DNA of 64,000 bases from assembly GCA_002633005.1 (NCBI GenBank), contig NMRA01000068.1, forward strand, positions 489,480 to 553,479. The letters are read 5' to 3'. Source of the DNA: Phoronis australis (Eukaryota > Animalia > Phoronida). Shown one piece after another: positions 37,608 through 51,227 of the stretch. Position 1 is the stretch's first letter; the number at the start of each line of letters is the position of its first letter. The position numbers were made by a program, and so were the translations under genes. The notes beneath the pieces were generated by a model. That model was not told the origin of the DNA, ran no database searches, and saw nothing but the letters and a program-made list of their open reading frames with translations.

Positions 37608-40600
37608 TTAAGGAAATTCTTTGTTCTTGCTACATTGTGTTTTACTTCATAATGTATTGATCCTGCCACACGCACGTGCGATTCCTCTCTTACATTCCGC
37701 CATTCCACCCTTGACCAAGGCTTTTCAATGATTTTTCTCTCTCCCATCTTTCTAGAGATAAAATTATTTTACTGCTATTTACTGTTCTCTTAAATTGTTT
37801 TGTACCACTAGTCTAGTCATAATACTATTTACGCCAACCTGTGGTCTTGTTTTAATCTCTGGAAACGAGCTTAAGACGCATGATTTTTGTGTAGTCCACG
37901 TGTCTAACATAAATATCTCTGTCGTAAATTGAGAGAAAAGATGCCGACAGTGAACCAAGAAAATTTAATAATTTTCATCACACTTACTGGCCTAGGTTTT
38001 GAATGTATTTGTCATATTTGGAAACTTGGTTAGTTGTCGAGGTCTCCAGAGGAGAGGAAGCAAAAATGGGCAACGGGGGAATTTTCTTTAATTTGAGTGT
38101 AAATTCTTGTGGAGCTCACTTGAAAAGAGCAGAGGGTGATTATTCTATAATCCAGATTAGCTTCGTAACATTCGGAGCATTCAAATTTTCTTTGAAAACC
38201 AATGCTTGGCCGGCAAAACGTCAAGCAAAGCCACCACATGAGGATAACACTAGATTTTGATTGGGTTAAGACCGCCGCTTTGATTGTAGCGAGTGTCATT
38301 TCCTTTCATTATTCTTCATTCATTCTGCAGCCGAATTCTCATCTCTCTAAAACTGATCGATTCAATCAATTTTCGTTTTGTCACCTGCTAATGCATCATT
38401 GGCCTAAAACTTGAAAGAAAAAGGCAGGAATCAACTAAAAACTCATACCTCTATTTCATATTGGACATCTGATTATCATATAGTCCTTGGTGGTGGTCTT
38501 TTCCCACAGTTTCTTTGTAATTCGCTAAAAGTCTAGATCACTCTTGTTTGCTTAGTTGACGTTGAAAGAAGGCTTCAAATTTTCCTCCAAACTTTTGAGT
38601 GTTGTTGAAGGTTACAAAGCATTATATCGTTTCATAGAACTGGACGGTAAAGTCAATTTTGATACCTGTTAGTAGACCAAAAACGGGTTTGGTATCCTTT
38701 TAAGACAGGGGAAAACAACTGTTTACAAATGTCATTTTTTTGTAAATTCTTCCGATCAAAATTTTGATTTATGTGATTTCCATTTAATGTTCTTCGAAGT
38801 TATTCCCCTTTCCATGAGATTAAAAGCAATAAAATTTAGATTTATTGCAGAAAATTATTGTTCTTTTGAAAATAAGAACTCCCAGGTACTTTATGTGATT
38901 ATCTTCATATTATGTCGATATGGATGTAAGCGGACGACAAGCCAGATAGTGCTGTGAAAAATCACACGCCAAGGAAGCCACGGCGACATTTAATGTAATT
39001 TCTCTTCTTGCACGTAACTTAGTTTCTTTTAAAAGAGAACGTCTTGGGGTGAACATTGCATGCTCCGACTCATTAATCCTAGTTCATCCACGTATTAATA
39101 ATAAATTTTGTTTGCGCACAGCACGAGCACAAGTGATTAATTACACCTTGCGATTGTCACCTTCAAGATAAAAACACAAATATGTTGTAAATCGACCACA
39201 CCATGATCGGTCGAAGTATGAAAGCCTCAGATTGCCTAGTTTGTGTTCTGTGCTTTCTTGTCACTCATTTGTTGGCCACACGCGCTTTCGCGATCGGGCA
39301 CAGCGATCCTAACGCCGGAAACGGTAAGTAAAACGTTTGGAAACGAAACGCACCACTTATTTAAAATACAATATGACCAAGTAAAATTCTATATTGTCGC
39401 GTAATGATAAAATTAAACCAACTATTCTTTGTTTAGGACTAGATCAAGGGGGACTTCAAATGGTTAATATACATAGTTTCAGCTAAGCTTCAAAACTTGC
39501 CATGACCCGTACATATTTTGAAAGCCCCGCGTCTAAAAGTGGTCATTTACTCACTCTAGCCGTTTTTAAAGAAATTTGCTTCATTTGGAGAAGACTCTAT
39601 TAAGTCAAAATTGACTCTTATTGACAATTTCTATTGGTGTGATGAATGACAATTTTTATGAGAAAATAATCGATGCGCGCAAAGGAAAATTTTTAATCAA
39701 CATTTATGGTTTTTTAATAACTTGAGGATCGGAGGCAAAAGTCTTGGTTTGTAAATAACTTAAAATTTATCAGAGATAGGTGGCGATTTCGTTTGTTTAG
39801 ACAAACGAGTTCGATGTGAAAACCAACTTCGTGGAATATAATGGTATTGTTTCTGTTCTAAGAAGGTTTGAAAAAAAGTCTATTTCAAAGTAAATTTGAA
39901 AGTTTTATTATTTATTCTCCTTGCATGCCTGTAGCAATTACTCACTTACGGCAGAGTGCGAAGAGTTGTAGACATATGTGTTCTATCTTTAACGACATAA
40001 AGAAACCATTCAAGTCAGAGTGTAAGTAGAAAATAGAGTTAGGAGTTTAGATTGGAAGAAAATATACGCATTGCCTTATGAAATTACAAAGGATCCCAAC
40101 ATTAGTTCCAATTTAGAATATTACGCAAGATTATTGCGACAAATACGTTTTAGTCATAATCCAAGTTCGGAATTCTAATTTATATTCCTGATGTAATAAA
40201 GCTCCAGAGACGCTGTCACACCTTTTCTGGGAATGTCGCCATGAAGAAGATTTTTGGAAGGCTTTCAGAAAACTACTTCAAAAGTGTTACATTCAGCTTC
40301 CAAACTGTTTTTTCTCACAAACATGTTATTCTTGGACTTAATGAGACACAAGATTTTGCTATTACTAACCAAACAAACAGTACATTTTCAAGGAGAAATG
40401 TCACAAAAATATGCCCAATATTGACAAGTTTGTTACATATACTCAGCAGTACTAGAATGCTGAAAAATTAAATTTTGCATATGACAGCTTTTATGGGAAA
40501 TGTGAACATTTTCGTTTTTCACTTTAACTCCATGTAGCAGTTGCTCATTTTTTACTAGAATGGCCTTTCCTGAGGTGTTCATGCGTGTTTGAATGGGTGT

Positions 40601-42807
40601 CTTTTTGTTTTTGTTTTTGTACTTGTTTATCAATGGCATATATGTGAAAAAAATTTGTCAAATGTCTCCACTTTAGTTAAGATTATGAACATTGTCTATT
40701 ACCAGCAAGGTTTGTAGTTTGTAGGGAAGTCATTAAACAAAATTTGCTCAAGTTTTCGTTATTGACAGCAAGGTCATCAGCCTTTGAAAAATGGAAAAAT
40801 GACCGTTTTGGCAATTATTTTTGTGCGAAACAAATGAGGTTTTATCGTAGTTATTTTTATTTTTTCTTGTAACAATCTCTACATGTATTTCAATAAGCCA
40901 GCCGAATGGATTATTTACGCAGCGTTACAGGATTTTGTTGATGCAAAAACAATTTGAATTCTTTATTGGTGGCACTAAAGCAATTAAAATTGCTCTCGAG
41001 ATATTATAATTTAATCTTGAAAAATTAGAAAGATCAAATTGGTTACATCGCAAATGAAAAATCCGACTGGCATTAGAATATGAACCCACAGTAGTTAAAG
41101 ATAGCAACGATAAGAGCATTGCATGAGTTTTAAAAAAAGAACTTATAAAATGAGGAGCAGAGGATACTCTTTAAGCTTCAATTTAGTTATAAACTTCTTA
41201 AAACGGAATTTAAAGCAAATTAGTCCATTCAAAACGTAAGCCCAATTTATGCCCATTCAACACAATTTCAAACATTTTCAGACTTACCTGAATTTACTAA
41301 AAGTTTTCTAGTTTAATTCATATTTTTTGTGGTGCACTATCACCTAATGGGTGGTACTCACGCAACTGCCGCCATATGTAATGAGATTTACGGAGAAGCC
41401 CGCCCCAGTAAAACAAGGCAAACACAAAAATAGGGTTGAAAATTACCAAATGTTTATACCTTGCGTTGAGAATTTGTGAATGTAAAGGAAAGAGCGTCTT
41501 TAACTGTTCTGGAACACCCATCTAACCACTTTGATGTTATTGTCACCTGCTGAAATTTTTAACCAAGCCTAACGCTAGACTGAAATTAATGTGACGCTGA
41601 TTGCATTCCCAGTAAACGACGTTTCTAAAAGTTGCATGAACCGTCTAAAAATCTACAAGGAGTCTTAAAAGAATCTTAACTTCAACTCGAACCAAATATT
41701 CCAATTACCGGCCATTCATATTCCTTATATATTATATATATTCTATTAATCGCCTTTTTCAGTTCTGCGCTTGAACATTTACATAGAACAAAAGTCGCAC
41801 GGTAAAAATGGCGTTCGGCCTATGTCTCCACAGAGATTTTGAAAAATACGAGAACCTGTCACGTGCCGATTTCACCAGAACTATTCGCATTTGATTGGTG
41901 GAAATTCGTAACTCAACTTCGAATAATTTCTTGGAATCTAGACTGAACCAATGCGACCATTGGTCGGATACCTTCAAGCTTTCAGGAAAACTGTTATCGT
42001 ACCATTGCTCCCAACGGCCGGTAAATGTAGCACCGAGAAAGGGTGATGTACGGCAATATTATAGATTTAGAACAGATTAAAGGTTTTACCCTTAAGAAGT
42101 TATAGACAATAAATTTAGCAAGCACAAAACTTGATGCAGATAAGCCACCTGTCCATGTTGAACACGTTCATGTTACAGAGAAATCTTCCGGAGCGTAAAT
42201 AGGCTGATTTTGAAGAAGCCTACAACATGTTTGTAACAAGTTCGGGCGAGGCATACACAATGGTGTTTTTAAAAGAGCCTTTATTGCACTTGAAGAAAAT
42301 AAACTTAAACACGTTACTCTACGCAAACAATAAAGTACAATTATTGCAATGCAATAGGTCAGTCTACAATCTTACAATAAGTTAATTACCTATAACTTAC
42401 CAACTAAGTACCGGTAACCACAAACTAAGGAACATCAAGATTACAATCAATGACACATGATAGCTGCTGTACACAAACATTGACGAGTTTCAATGTTAAC
42501 TGAGTGACAATGACTGCTGAACTGAATCTACTATCAATACAACTGACTGACACTGTAATTTAAAGAAAAGAATATTATCAATGCATGACAAGCAAACCAA
42601 CGCCTATAAACATGGCGGCAAACAACATGACAAATTATAATCACAATGGTAGCTTACGTTGAACTTTCCACACATGTACATAGTTACCCACACTGCCGAT
42701 TTTCAACCACAGTACCAGACTATTATATGACGAGTTAAGCACAATTATATAGAACAAATACAAACTAACTTGGGGCGAATTCAAGCACCTCCTATACCAA
42801 CAAGGGA

Positions 42808-44118
42808 TGAAGACCACTCCCTTTTCATCGCGGGGCACCTGTATTGCCAGTGTCCCATTCATAGGCACCTGTATTGCCAGTGTCTCTCACTCACACCATT
42901 TCTCACCCTCGGACGCCTGTATTGCCAGTGTCCTAATTCCCTTATTCCCCATTTTCATTGCCACGCCCTTTCCACTCACCTTTTTGGGGTTCTCCCTCCC
43001 GGGCGGTCTTTCCCGCCCCTTTTACATTTGTTGTTGGTTTACCTCATGCCCTATTATGGGTTATTCTATACTTAGCTTTTTTTCCCATACTTTATATAGG
43101 TTTACTTTTGCCGGGGCATCGTTTTGCTGTTGCTTATCTGTATGTTGTTTGTACATGTCACCGTTTTTGTTTCCTTATACCTATATCGACAGCATGCTTT
43201 TGGTAGGTTGATATGTCCCTTATGTATATTCCTTAAATTTTATCTATTCATGTTAGCTTTATATCCCACTGGTTTTCAATTACTATGGTTTCGCCACCTT
43301 GTTTTGTCGCTCCATGATTTTATTTTTATTGTATCATGCTACCTGGCTGTACTACTCCATGTTTGCATTTCCTTTTACGGGCTTACTTTTGCCCCCGTTT
43401 TCTTATGCTACTTTTGTCAGCCTCGCTCGCTCTCCCTTGGGTGGGCGGATGCATCCTTCTGCTGCATCTGTGGCAGATTGTCACCCACCTTTACAGTGCA
43501 ACATGTTATATAACTTTTGTAATTACTGATATCTGTAGTAGTTTAGTTTGTCATAATATATATGACCTTTTATCTCAACTACATGTGTTGTTTCACTGTA
43601 AACTAGCTTCGGTATCGCTTCGCAGTTAGCGCATATAAAAATTATTTAAGTATTAAATTATTTTATGTAAGCTATACTGCCTCCTCCTCATTATCATATT
43701 GTTTGGATTCTCTGGTCAGTGACCCTCTTTGTTTTACGATTATTGGTTTAATTGTACCACGTGATCTCTTTGTCTTGTTGCAACACTGGGCCATCGTCCA
43801 CAATTCTCTCCAACTTTCATTTTTCACTCAATTTCTCTTTCCCTCCCTCCCTCAAACCAATTTTCATTCTTTCCCTTTATCCTCAAATTTCACATGTCGC
43901 TGTCCCGGTGTTGCTGTTATTCTTCCGCATATTGTTTCTTAACTTACTATGGCAGATTGTCACCCACCTTTACAGTGCAACATGTTATATAACTTTTGTA
44001 ATTACTGATATCTGTAGTAGTTTAGTTTGTCATAATATATATGACCTTTTATCTCAACTACATTTGTTGTTTCACTGTAAACTAGCTTCGATATCGCTTC
44101 GCAGTTAGCGCATATAAA
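42808..44118 (+). mobile_element. T-rich insertion inside the LTR ending in two 169-bp direct repeats (L2/CR1-like 3' tails)
   Basis: LTR homology breaks at 42807 and resumes near 44115. Repeats 43471-43639 and 43950-44118 differ at 2 positions and end TGTAAA...AGCGCATATAAA. Confidence 0.6.
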
Positions 44119-44949
44119 TAACCCCAAGTCAAATCTTCAACTGCAAAACAATGACCTGTAGATCTCCTCACTGATTGGTCGACCCCTCAAAACAACTGCT
44201 ATCTCTATGAATATCTGAAAAAAAAACCCAAATGGTTATACAATAACATAGAAAATGTACAAGTATCACATACTCCCTCACGACTAAAATGTCGTCCTTG
44301 TCATCGATCAACATCCATGATGTCGAACACAATTCACACAACTCAGGTTTTTTAAATAACCACTTGTCCCACAGACTCTCCGAAAAGCCAATTCGGCGCA
44401 TCAGCATTAGCTCATATCATAATCAGTCTGCCACGTTTTCTTCTAATCCGCGTCGATTTCCGACACTGCACAACATGACTGGACTCAGATACAGCAACAG
44501 CAGAACGGTTGCATGCTCATCACTAGACCCAGGATCCTTATCCACATTAACAAATGATCACTACAATGTATCTTCTACGTCATGTGTCTGATTATTGCTC
44601 TTAGGGACTAAGTACAGCATCAGCGGCCATGACATTCTCCACTAACACAGTTCCTCCCCGGTGAAAACTCCTGACCATCGTGTTCTACCCCAAAAGTAAC
44701 CGATCCACCACCACTACACATGTTGCACTTCTTCTGTAAACTTTTCTTAACAGTTAGCTTTGGTCGGACACTGTGACCAGCCTCACGGCCATTGATAATC
44801 AGCGAACCCACAGAATGCAGCGGATTGCCATGAAAAGTTCGTTCACGACCGGCACGATCCTCTAAACACAGCAAACACTTGGATTTCACGATTTCGCTGT
44901 TTCTTCACAATATAACCATATTTATGACATTTATCTTCAATTTTATGCT

Positions 44950-45650
44950 TACCATCAAAAAGTACTACATTCACGAGAACGCGATCGCCAAACTCAATCG
45001 TCGTCCCACTAACTGACAAATAATAATTTCCTTTTGTCTCTGACGGACCTTCACTACTTTTTCCGTACTAGGCCATATACCTCCGCAAAACGCAATTTCA
45101 TGGAGTCCAAACACTTCGTTCTGATGACTTTAGGAATATTAATTTCCAAGCCAAATGTTAACTTCACTGGCAATCTAGCTCTCGATAGAACATTGAATAA
45201 ACCGAAGCACACCGTGTACATTCATGTTTTTTCGCGTTGTAGGCGTGTACAAGATTTATTTGGTTTTAAGTTACCAAGCGTATTAAGTAACGCCCAATTA
45301 AATCTCCCGGTCATATTATTACCGATGGGATGGTAACTTGTTGTCATATGCTTCACAATTACACTGATATGACACAATTCCTTTATTAAAGTACTCTTTA
45401 TGTTAGCGCCTTGATCAGAATGAAAACGTTAGGCATCCCATAATGCACCACCAAGTTATTAAACAGCGCTTTAACTGTGGTTTTTGCCATTTGATTTCTG
45501 ATTGGTATCGCTTGGATATATCTAGTGAAATGGTCCGTAATGAGAAAAATATTTTGAAATCCACCTTTCGACGCTTCCAAGGTTAGATGATATATACATA
45601 CACGCTCCATTGGTTGCGTAGAAATCATGTTGCTAACAATATCTCCAATC
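44950..45650 (-). pseudogene. Gypsy integrase core remnant
   Basis: STQPMERVCI..LTLEASKGGFQNIFLITDHFTRYIQAIPIRNQMAKTTVKALFNNLVVHYGMP, followed by frameshifted core sequence. Confidence 0.88.
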
Positions 45651-45769
45651 TCTGTTGATCTGCCTGCGATATAACACACCTTGGAGAAGATACATGGACA
45701 AATCCTGTTCACCACGTGCAAGCTGACTTCGTCGAGACTTGTTACCATTTATTACTAACTCCATTCATT

Positions 45770-46320
45770 TCTTCAAGAACTTCTCCTGCGTTCACGGCCA
45801 TGCTGTTTAGATGTTCAGTCGCGTCTTCTGAGCAAAGTTTGTCGTTCGTTGGAGTGACGCTGTCAGGCTCCACAATCATTCTTTGAGCTCCACCGGAGTG
45901 TCGAAGGTAGGGTAGTTCTGCAGTAAGTGTTCAGATGTCTGGGGGCCAATGCCACATGGGCACTCATTTGAGTGATAGTTTTTCAGGCTATACAGGGAAA
46001 GGGGCTGACAGTAAACTGAAGATGATGATTTGTTCTTTCTTGTCTAGCTGGTAGACACAGTCTTATTCAATCCACAGACTAAGGCATTCCCTCCAGACAT
46101 TTCTTAAGTGGCTTCATAGGATGATGTGGGCGCCATCTGTCCCAGTTTGCTTCCTGCCTTGGCTTCCTCGTTGCAGCTGATACCGCAGTGGTAGAGAATC
46201 CATTGCATCACAACAGTGGTTTCGGAATGTGCATCTCCTGCTTGATGTCTTGCAGGATCTGGTCTCTTCCTCTCGTCTGGAGGCTCTGCAAGAGAGATCG
46301 GCAGTCTAAGCACATTACTA
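45770..46320 (-). mobile_element. 3' fragment of an RNase H-containing LINE (I/Nimb/Ingi-like)
   Basis: TVVMQWILYHCGISCNEEA (RNase H motif), CPCGIGPQTSEHLLQ zinc-finger remnant and a GAA-rich 3' tail. Confidence 0.75.
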
Positions 46321-47133
46321 GCGTTGGGGATTACCAGACCTCTTTTTGCAAACTCATTAAACCATGATGTAAAAACATTTCATGTTAAAAAGGCGCAATG
46401 ACACGTACCACTTCAATGTGAGTTGAGTGATTATGACTACTAAAGTGAAGCTACTGTCAATGTAACTGATTGACAATGTAATTTAAGAAAAAGAACATGA
46501 TCAGCACATGAAAAACAAGCGGAAAACAACATGACAAAGCATAATCACAAATGCTAGCTTGCGTTGAACTTTCTAAAAATACATAGGATATACACAGCGC
46601 CGATCACCAACCAGAGTACAAGACTGAAATAAGACTAATGTACCAGTTAAAACACAATGACATAAAATAAATAAAAACTAACCTGAGACAGACTCAAACA
46701 CCTCTTACACCAACAGAGTAAATACACCCTAACTCAAATTTTCAACGGTAAATCAATGACTTACAAATCTCCCCACTGATTGGGCGATCCGTCAAAACAA
46801 CTATATATATGAACAAAAAATGGTTACAAAACTACATAGAAAATATACTACTGTCATACGTTTATCTTGTCAAAAATATTCAATGCTGAATTAGACCTCA
46901 TGTCACTATGAAATTCGTCTCATTTTGTACCTTGTGTACAAACGACCTCTGGCTTGTGTGGAGAACACTTAAAAGTCGTTGCTATGGAACTTATGGTTAT
47001 CTCAAGACTTATTTAGTGGCATCCATTCTAACTCGTATATAAAAACTAGACTTTGTCAACTAGTAAAAGTTTTATTTTCTGAAAGAATAAAATCAGATAA
47101 TATACGTATATGATTTATATTTATGTGTCATTA

Positions 47134-47425
47134 TTAACCCTTTTTAAAGTCAAATTTTCAAAAAGGTACATTCCTAGCAAAATAGCCCCTCAGTCGATTT
47201 TAACGAAACTTTTTTATATGAGAACTTCACCAGTTACCTCAAAATCACTGTTAAGAATTTTCGATTTGTGGAAGCCGAGAAAAGGCCGATTAAGTTGTGA
47301 GAGGTGAAAGTCTCAACGTCTTCGGTTACTAGTGAAAACTTGTTTTCGGCCAGTACAGCCTATACATGCCTTAACCATGTTCGCTGTTTCAACATTCACG
47401 CGCAATGTCAGCTGAATTTGCAGTC
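47134..47425 (-). mobile_element. Dispersed repeat fragment homologous to 11110-11630
   Basis: Reverse-complement similarity, e.g. AAGCCGAGAAAAGGCCGATTAAGTTG vs CAACTTAATCGGCTTTTTCTCGGCTT. Confidence 0.75.
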
Positions 47426-47578
47426 ATGCGGGGGAAGACAACATATTTAGTGGGTCAAGCTGGAGCATTGCGGTCAACTTAACAGTAGGTCAATAGTTAA
47501 TTGTTGTACACACCAGGCGTCGGAAGACAGATATGAAACCCAAGTACGAAATGAATAACAGAAATAAAGTCGCAGGTT

Positions 47579-47723
47579 CAGGAGCGGATCCAGGATTTTT
47601 AAAAAAGGGGTCGGATCAAGGATTTTTTTAAAAGTCAACAATTTGAAAATTACAGATTTGATATCACTAAAATCAAATGAAAATTGGGGTCCGAACCCTT
47701 TGACTTCTTGGAACAACCTATAT
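47579..47723. mobile_element. Short MITE, same family as 35882-36034
   Basis: CAGGAGCGGATCCAGG start; shared AGATTTGATATCACTAAAATCAA core. Confidence 0.7.
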
Positions 47724-49783
47724 GCTTAAGGCGCGTCGTGAGCATGAGATCGAAACAGCGAAATGTCAAATTACCTATCATTGAGGAATTTGGTTGAGGA
47801 TTTGTCTCTTTTCACAACTTGCTGTGTTCGTGAACACAAAGTCACAGAAGCGTGAATCGACTCGTAGCATTTTTTCTCAACGATCGTATGCATGCAGACA
47901 CACAACTCTTTCAGGATCAAAACAACGTTTTGTCTTCGTTTTCCCCGACGTACGGTATGTACAAATCGGCTCGGTGAATGGAAAGTCTCAGCATACATGC
48001 GGAGCTGCCGCCTGGCGGGAGATTCGATTTGAGTGACAGCCCCGTAACCTTTGACCTCGGATAAGTAGTAAACACATTTCTAGGCGGTTGTGCAGTTCCA
48101 TGATGGTTCTGTTAAGTGTTTTTCTCGCTACAAGGTACATATTTCGTATTTGAACTTCCCCGAGAATGAAGACATTTCGCTAGACATATGTGAAGTATTG
48201 TAAAAGCCCAGTTTTTGTGAGTGAGGTTTGAGATACCTTAATAACTACATGCAATTCGTACTTTGCTGAAAGTAACTTGGTTGATGCCACTCAGACATAG
48301 TTGACGCGTTGCTTGCATGAACACCGCCAGACGGAACTGCACAAAGATTTTAGTTTCTGCGTAAAAAATGTCACTGTTCAAAACACAAAACCTTTTCGGC
48401 AACTTCATATTTTTTGGGATCGCAGAACCACAACCCTCGAAGAAGCAATCTTTTGCTTCAGATAACGTAGTGCTTAAAATTGGTTTCAACTTGTTCCTCA
48501 CCCAGATGAGAGAGGATTTTAGTTTGGCAAGGAAATGACAGCTCGGTACTCCTTCAGTCATTCCATGCTCGACGGATAAACTGAAACTCCAGTACAAACC
48601 AACTTGAAGTGCCTGATCTCCAACAATGACGGATTGTCATCTCTCTTGAAGCCATGGAATCACCTCTTATTTGAGTGAGAAAAATGAGCCCAATTTCATA
48701 ACAATAAATGGTCTAAATCAAACGTTGTTTTTATTGTTAAGGAAGGCGGGTTTATAGCCGCTTTAAATCAAATAATTATCAATTTTCCGGTTAGCCCACC
48801 TTTCGTCACATGTTCATAATTAGTATAGATAAAACTGATGATAAGCAATAAAATGAGTCCTTATGGTATGAAACGCCAAAATTGTGAAACAAATGTGCTT
48901 TCAAACTAAAACGCCGGCACAGCACTGACTTATTCAATGAGTGCTTTTCAAACCTCATAAGTGACTACTTTGTCCAAATATCGGTTTATTTCAGACTCTG
49001 ACAACTTTTCGACAACTAACCGCGTGAATCCATGGTTAAAGATGAACGACAAGGACCTCAAATCACGAGCTTTCAAGAGAGTTTACATGAAAGAAATGGA
49101 AAAGAGCGAGCAAGCGAATTTGGGACAATACCCACTCACCCTATCTCCGATCTGCTCTCAACAGGAAGAGAATTGCCTAACGCGAGCTTTTCTATTTTCT
49201 GGAACCATTGGTGCTCCCTGCTCATATGTGCTGAATTACTGTCGATTGAAGAACCCAAGGAAAAGGATCACGACTGGATTTTGGTGAAGCGTGGCAACGA
49301 ATGTCCTCAAATCTTATATTTTAAGCAAAAGAATATTTCTTATCTATTTACAGCCTAACCATAGAAACCTGAATGGAGATGATTCGGTCTAGGTGGTATC
49401 GAATATTCCTTCCGTGAGAGCTATTACTTTCTACCATCAAAGCAAATTTAAATATCACCTAAGGATGATACGTGCGGTCTTGGACAAGTTTACCAGTCCT
49501 GTTTTATATACATTTATTGCCCAGACAATACCACAAAGCCAGTCTGAGGTTGGGCGCCTCAGACCCAGCTTCAACAAAATTATATAATATTAAACAATAA
49601 ATATGTGTAAAGGCAATGGAATGTAACTGAAGAGGGAAAAGAGGGACGGGGCAAGGACTTTCGCGCACCATTCATGCAAACACTCACGCCTTGCTTTGAT
49701 ATGGTGTCTGGTGAAATAATGCACAATGAAAGGCAAAGAAAAAAATATATATAAAAATATAGGTACATATCACAAACATGTAT

Positions 49784-49785
<2 letters not shown>

Positions 49786-49820
<35 letters not shown>

Positions 49821-49848
49821 NCACACACACACACACACACAAACACAC
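49786..49848. repeat. (CA)n microsatellite spanning an N gap
   Basis: Pure CA run with N at 49821. Confidence 0.97.
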
Positions 49849-49949
49849 ATATGTGCATATTAATATACATACATACATGAAAATATATACATATATGTAT
49901 TTGATGTATTTGGGTAGCAGGCCTTCTTTTATACATGTTTAATTGAAAA

Positions 49950-50296
49950 GTAAGCTGTTCTTGGCCTTAGATAGCGTGTTCAACAAAATTTCGTCAACAC
50001 ACCTGCAGTAGCCTACATCATTGTTGTTAGGCTTTGCTTGAAGACTATCAATAACCTTAGTTTCAAGGTTGTACATGTAGAAGTCAGCAAAAGTTGGTCC
50101 GAGAGGTGATTTCATGGATACACCATTGTACAGTTTGCCATTGATATTTATAAATGGTAGTTTTTTGGTACAAATTAACAACAAATCTCGTATTACCTCT
50201 TTAGGAATACTCGGAGGAGCCATTGATGCATGGCTATGCATAGAAGATATAATTCCTACAGTTTCGACAACAGGGACGTTAGTAAATTAACTTGAA
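49950..50296 (-). pseudogene. Penelope-like element reverse transcriptase fragment
   Basis: FTNVPVVETV...IPKEVIRDLLLICT...NGVSMKSPLGPTFADFYM...YCRCVDEI, matching degenerate GVAMGSPLGP and YVDD motifs. Confidence 0.85.
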
Positions 50297-51227
50297 CGTG
50301 ACTCTTTTCGTTTGAAAATTCCATATGTTGTAACACCTATGTATTTTATTAAATTTTACAACGTTTTTAGTACATTAATTCCCATGACAATTCCTTCGGT
50401 AATTGCGCTCTTATATATGCTACCTTTTATCCCACGCGCGTTGAATCTGTCGAGAGAAATACGGCCATGTAATACAGTTTTCCTTATTCACCTCCCGCAC
50501 TAATTCAACAGCGACCTCTGACATGGAAAGTTATAAAGGTAGGTCAATGCCGACTCGACGTCTTCAGCCGGTTCGACCATCAAACTTTCCGAATAAAGTT
50601 TAAACTAATGCAGTTGCAACAGTGTAGCTAACACGCGACATGCAACCAGGCCCTAAGCGTAAAACCTGGAACAAAACTGTTAATTATCAGACACTTTCTC
50701 TCACTTTTCAATTGCTGAATACCACATCGTCTGCAACTCAAGCACCGATTCCTAGGAAATTAGAATATCATTTTTTTGTTTTTTTAACTATTTCCAGGAG
50801 ATGTTACAAGCTTACTGCTCAGTTGCCGTTGTTTTCATGTTTGCTACCTCTTTTCAAGAGATAAATCGTTACATTTAAATCTGTTTCTTTTACTAGAGAA
50901 AACTTGCAACCTAACAGGCAAGTACATACATATAGGATGTGATCCGCCATGTGAACAGTCTGGGTGAAGTATTTGAAAAATCTGCCGAAAACTGTAAGAA
51001 ACTTAGGAATTCGAAGCGCATGGAATAAATACAAAACGTACCTCGATTGACGTACAAGAAGTAATATCCCACTCCATCTTATTCCGCGTATCCACCGAGA
51101 CCGAAGGTCGAGGTCTATACGCGGAATAATGTCTCGTAGGATCATAGGCTATAGATAGGGACTGTCAATTCCCGTTAGAGCGCGTTGCGCATGTCGTGAA
51201 CCACAGGACATAAGCACTAACGATGAG

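Larger units (their letters stand above)
42171..46858 (-). mobile_element. Decayed Gypsy LTR element with nested insertions
   Basis: LTR-like copy 42171-44270 (TGT...ACA, interrupted) followed by the PPT complement TACTCCCTCACGAC. A diverged partial LTR copy lies at about 46370-46858, with an integrase remnant between them. No clean TSD. Confidence 0.7.

Noticed and set aside
37960-38670. Decayed coding-like sequence on the minus strand
   Set aside because: Multiple stops and no motif I can assign without a search.
42770-44108. Hydrophobic ORFs as membrane proteins
   Set aside because: They are a by-product of T-rich repeat sequence, open in several frames at once.
48230-49360. Several 100-120 aa ORFs as a gene
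   Set aside because: They overlap in conflicting frames, with no recognisable domain or consistent exon structure.
50819-51145. Minus-strand ORF MILRDIIPR... with a GTACGT donor as a first coding exon
   Set aside because: It runs through a DNA palindrome that looks repeat-derived, has no recognisable homology, and I found no downstream exon.
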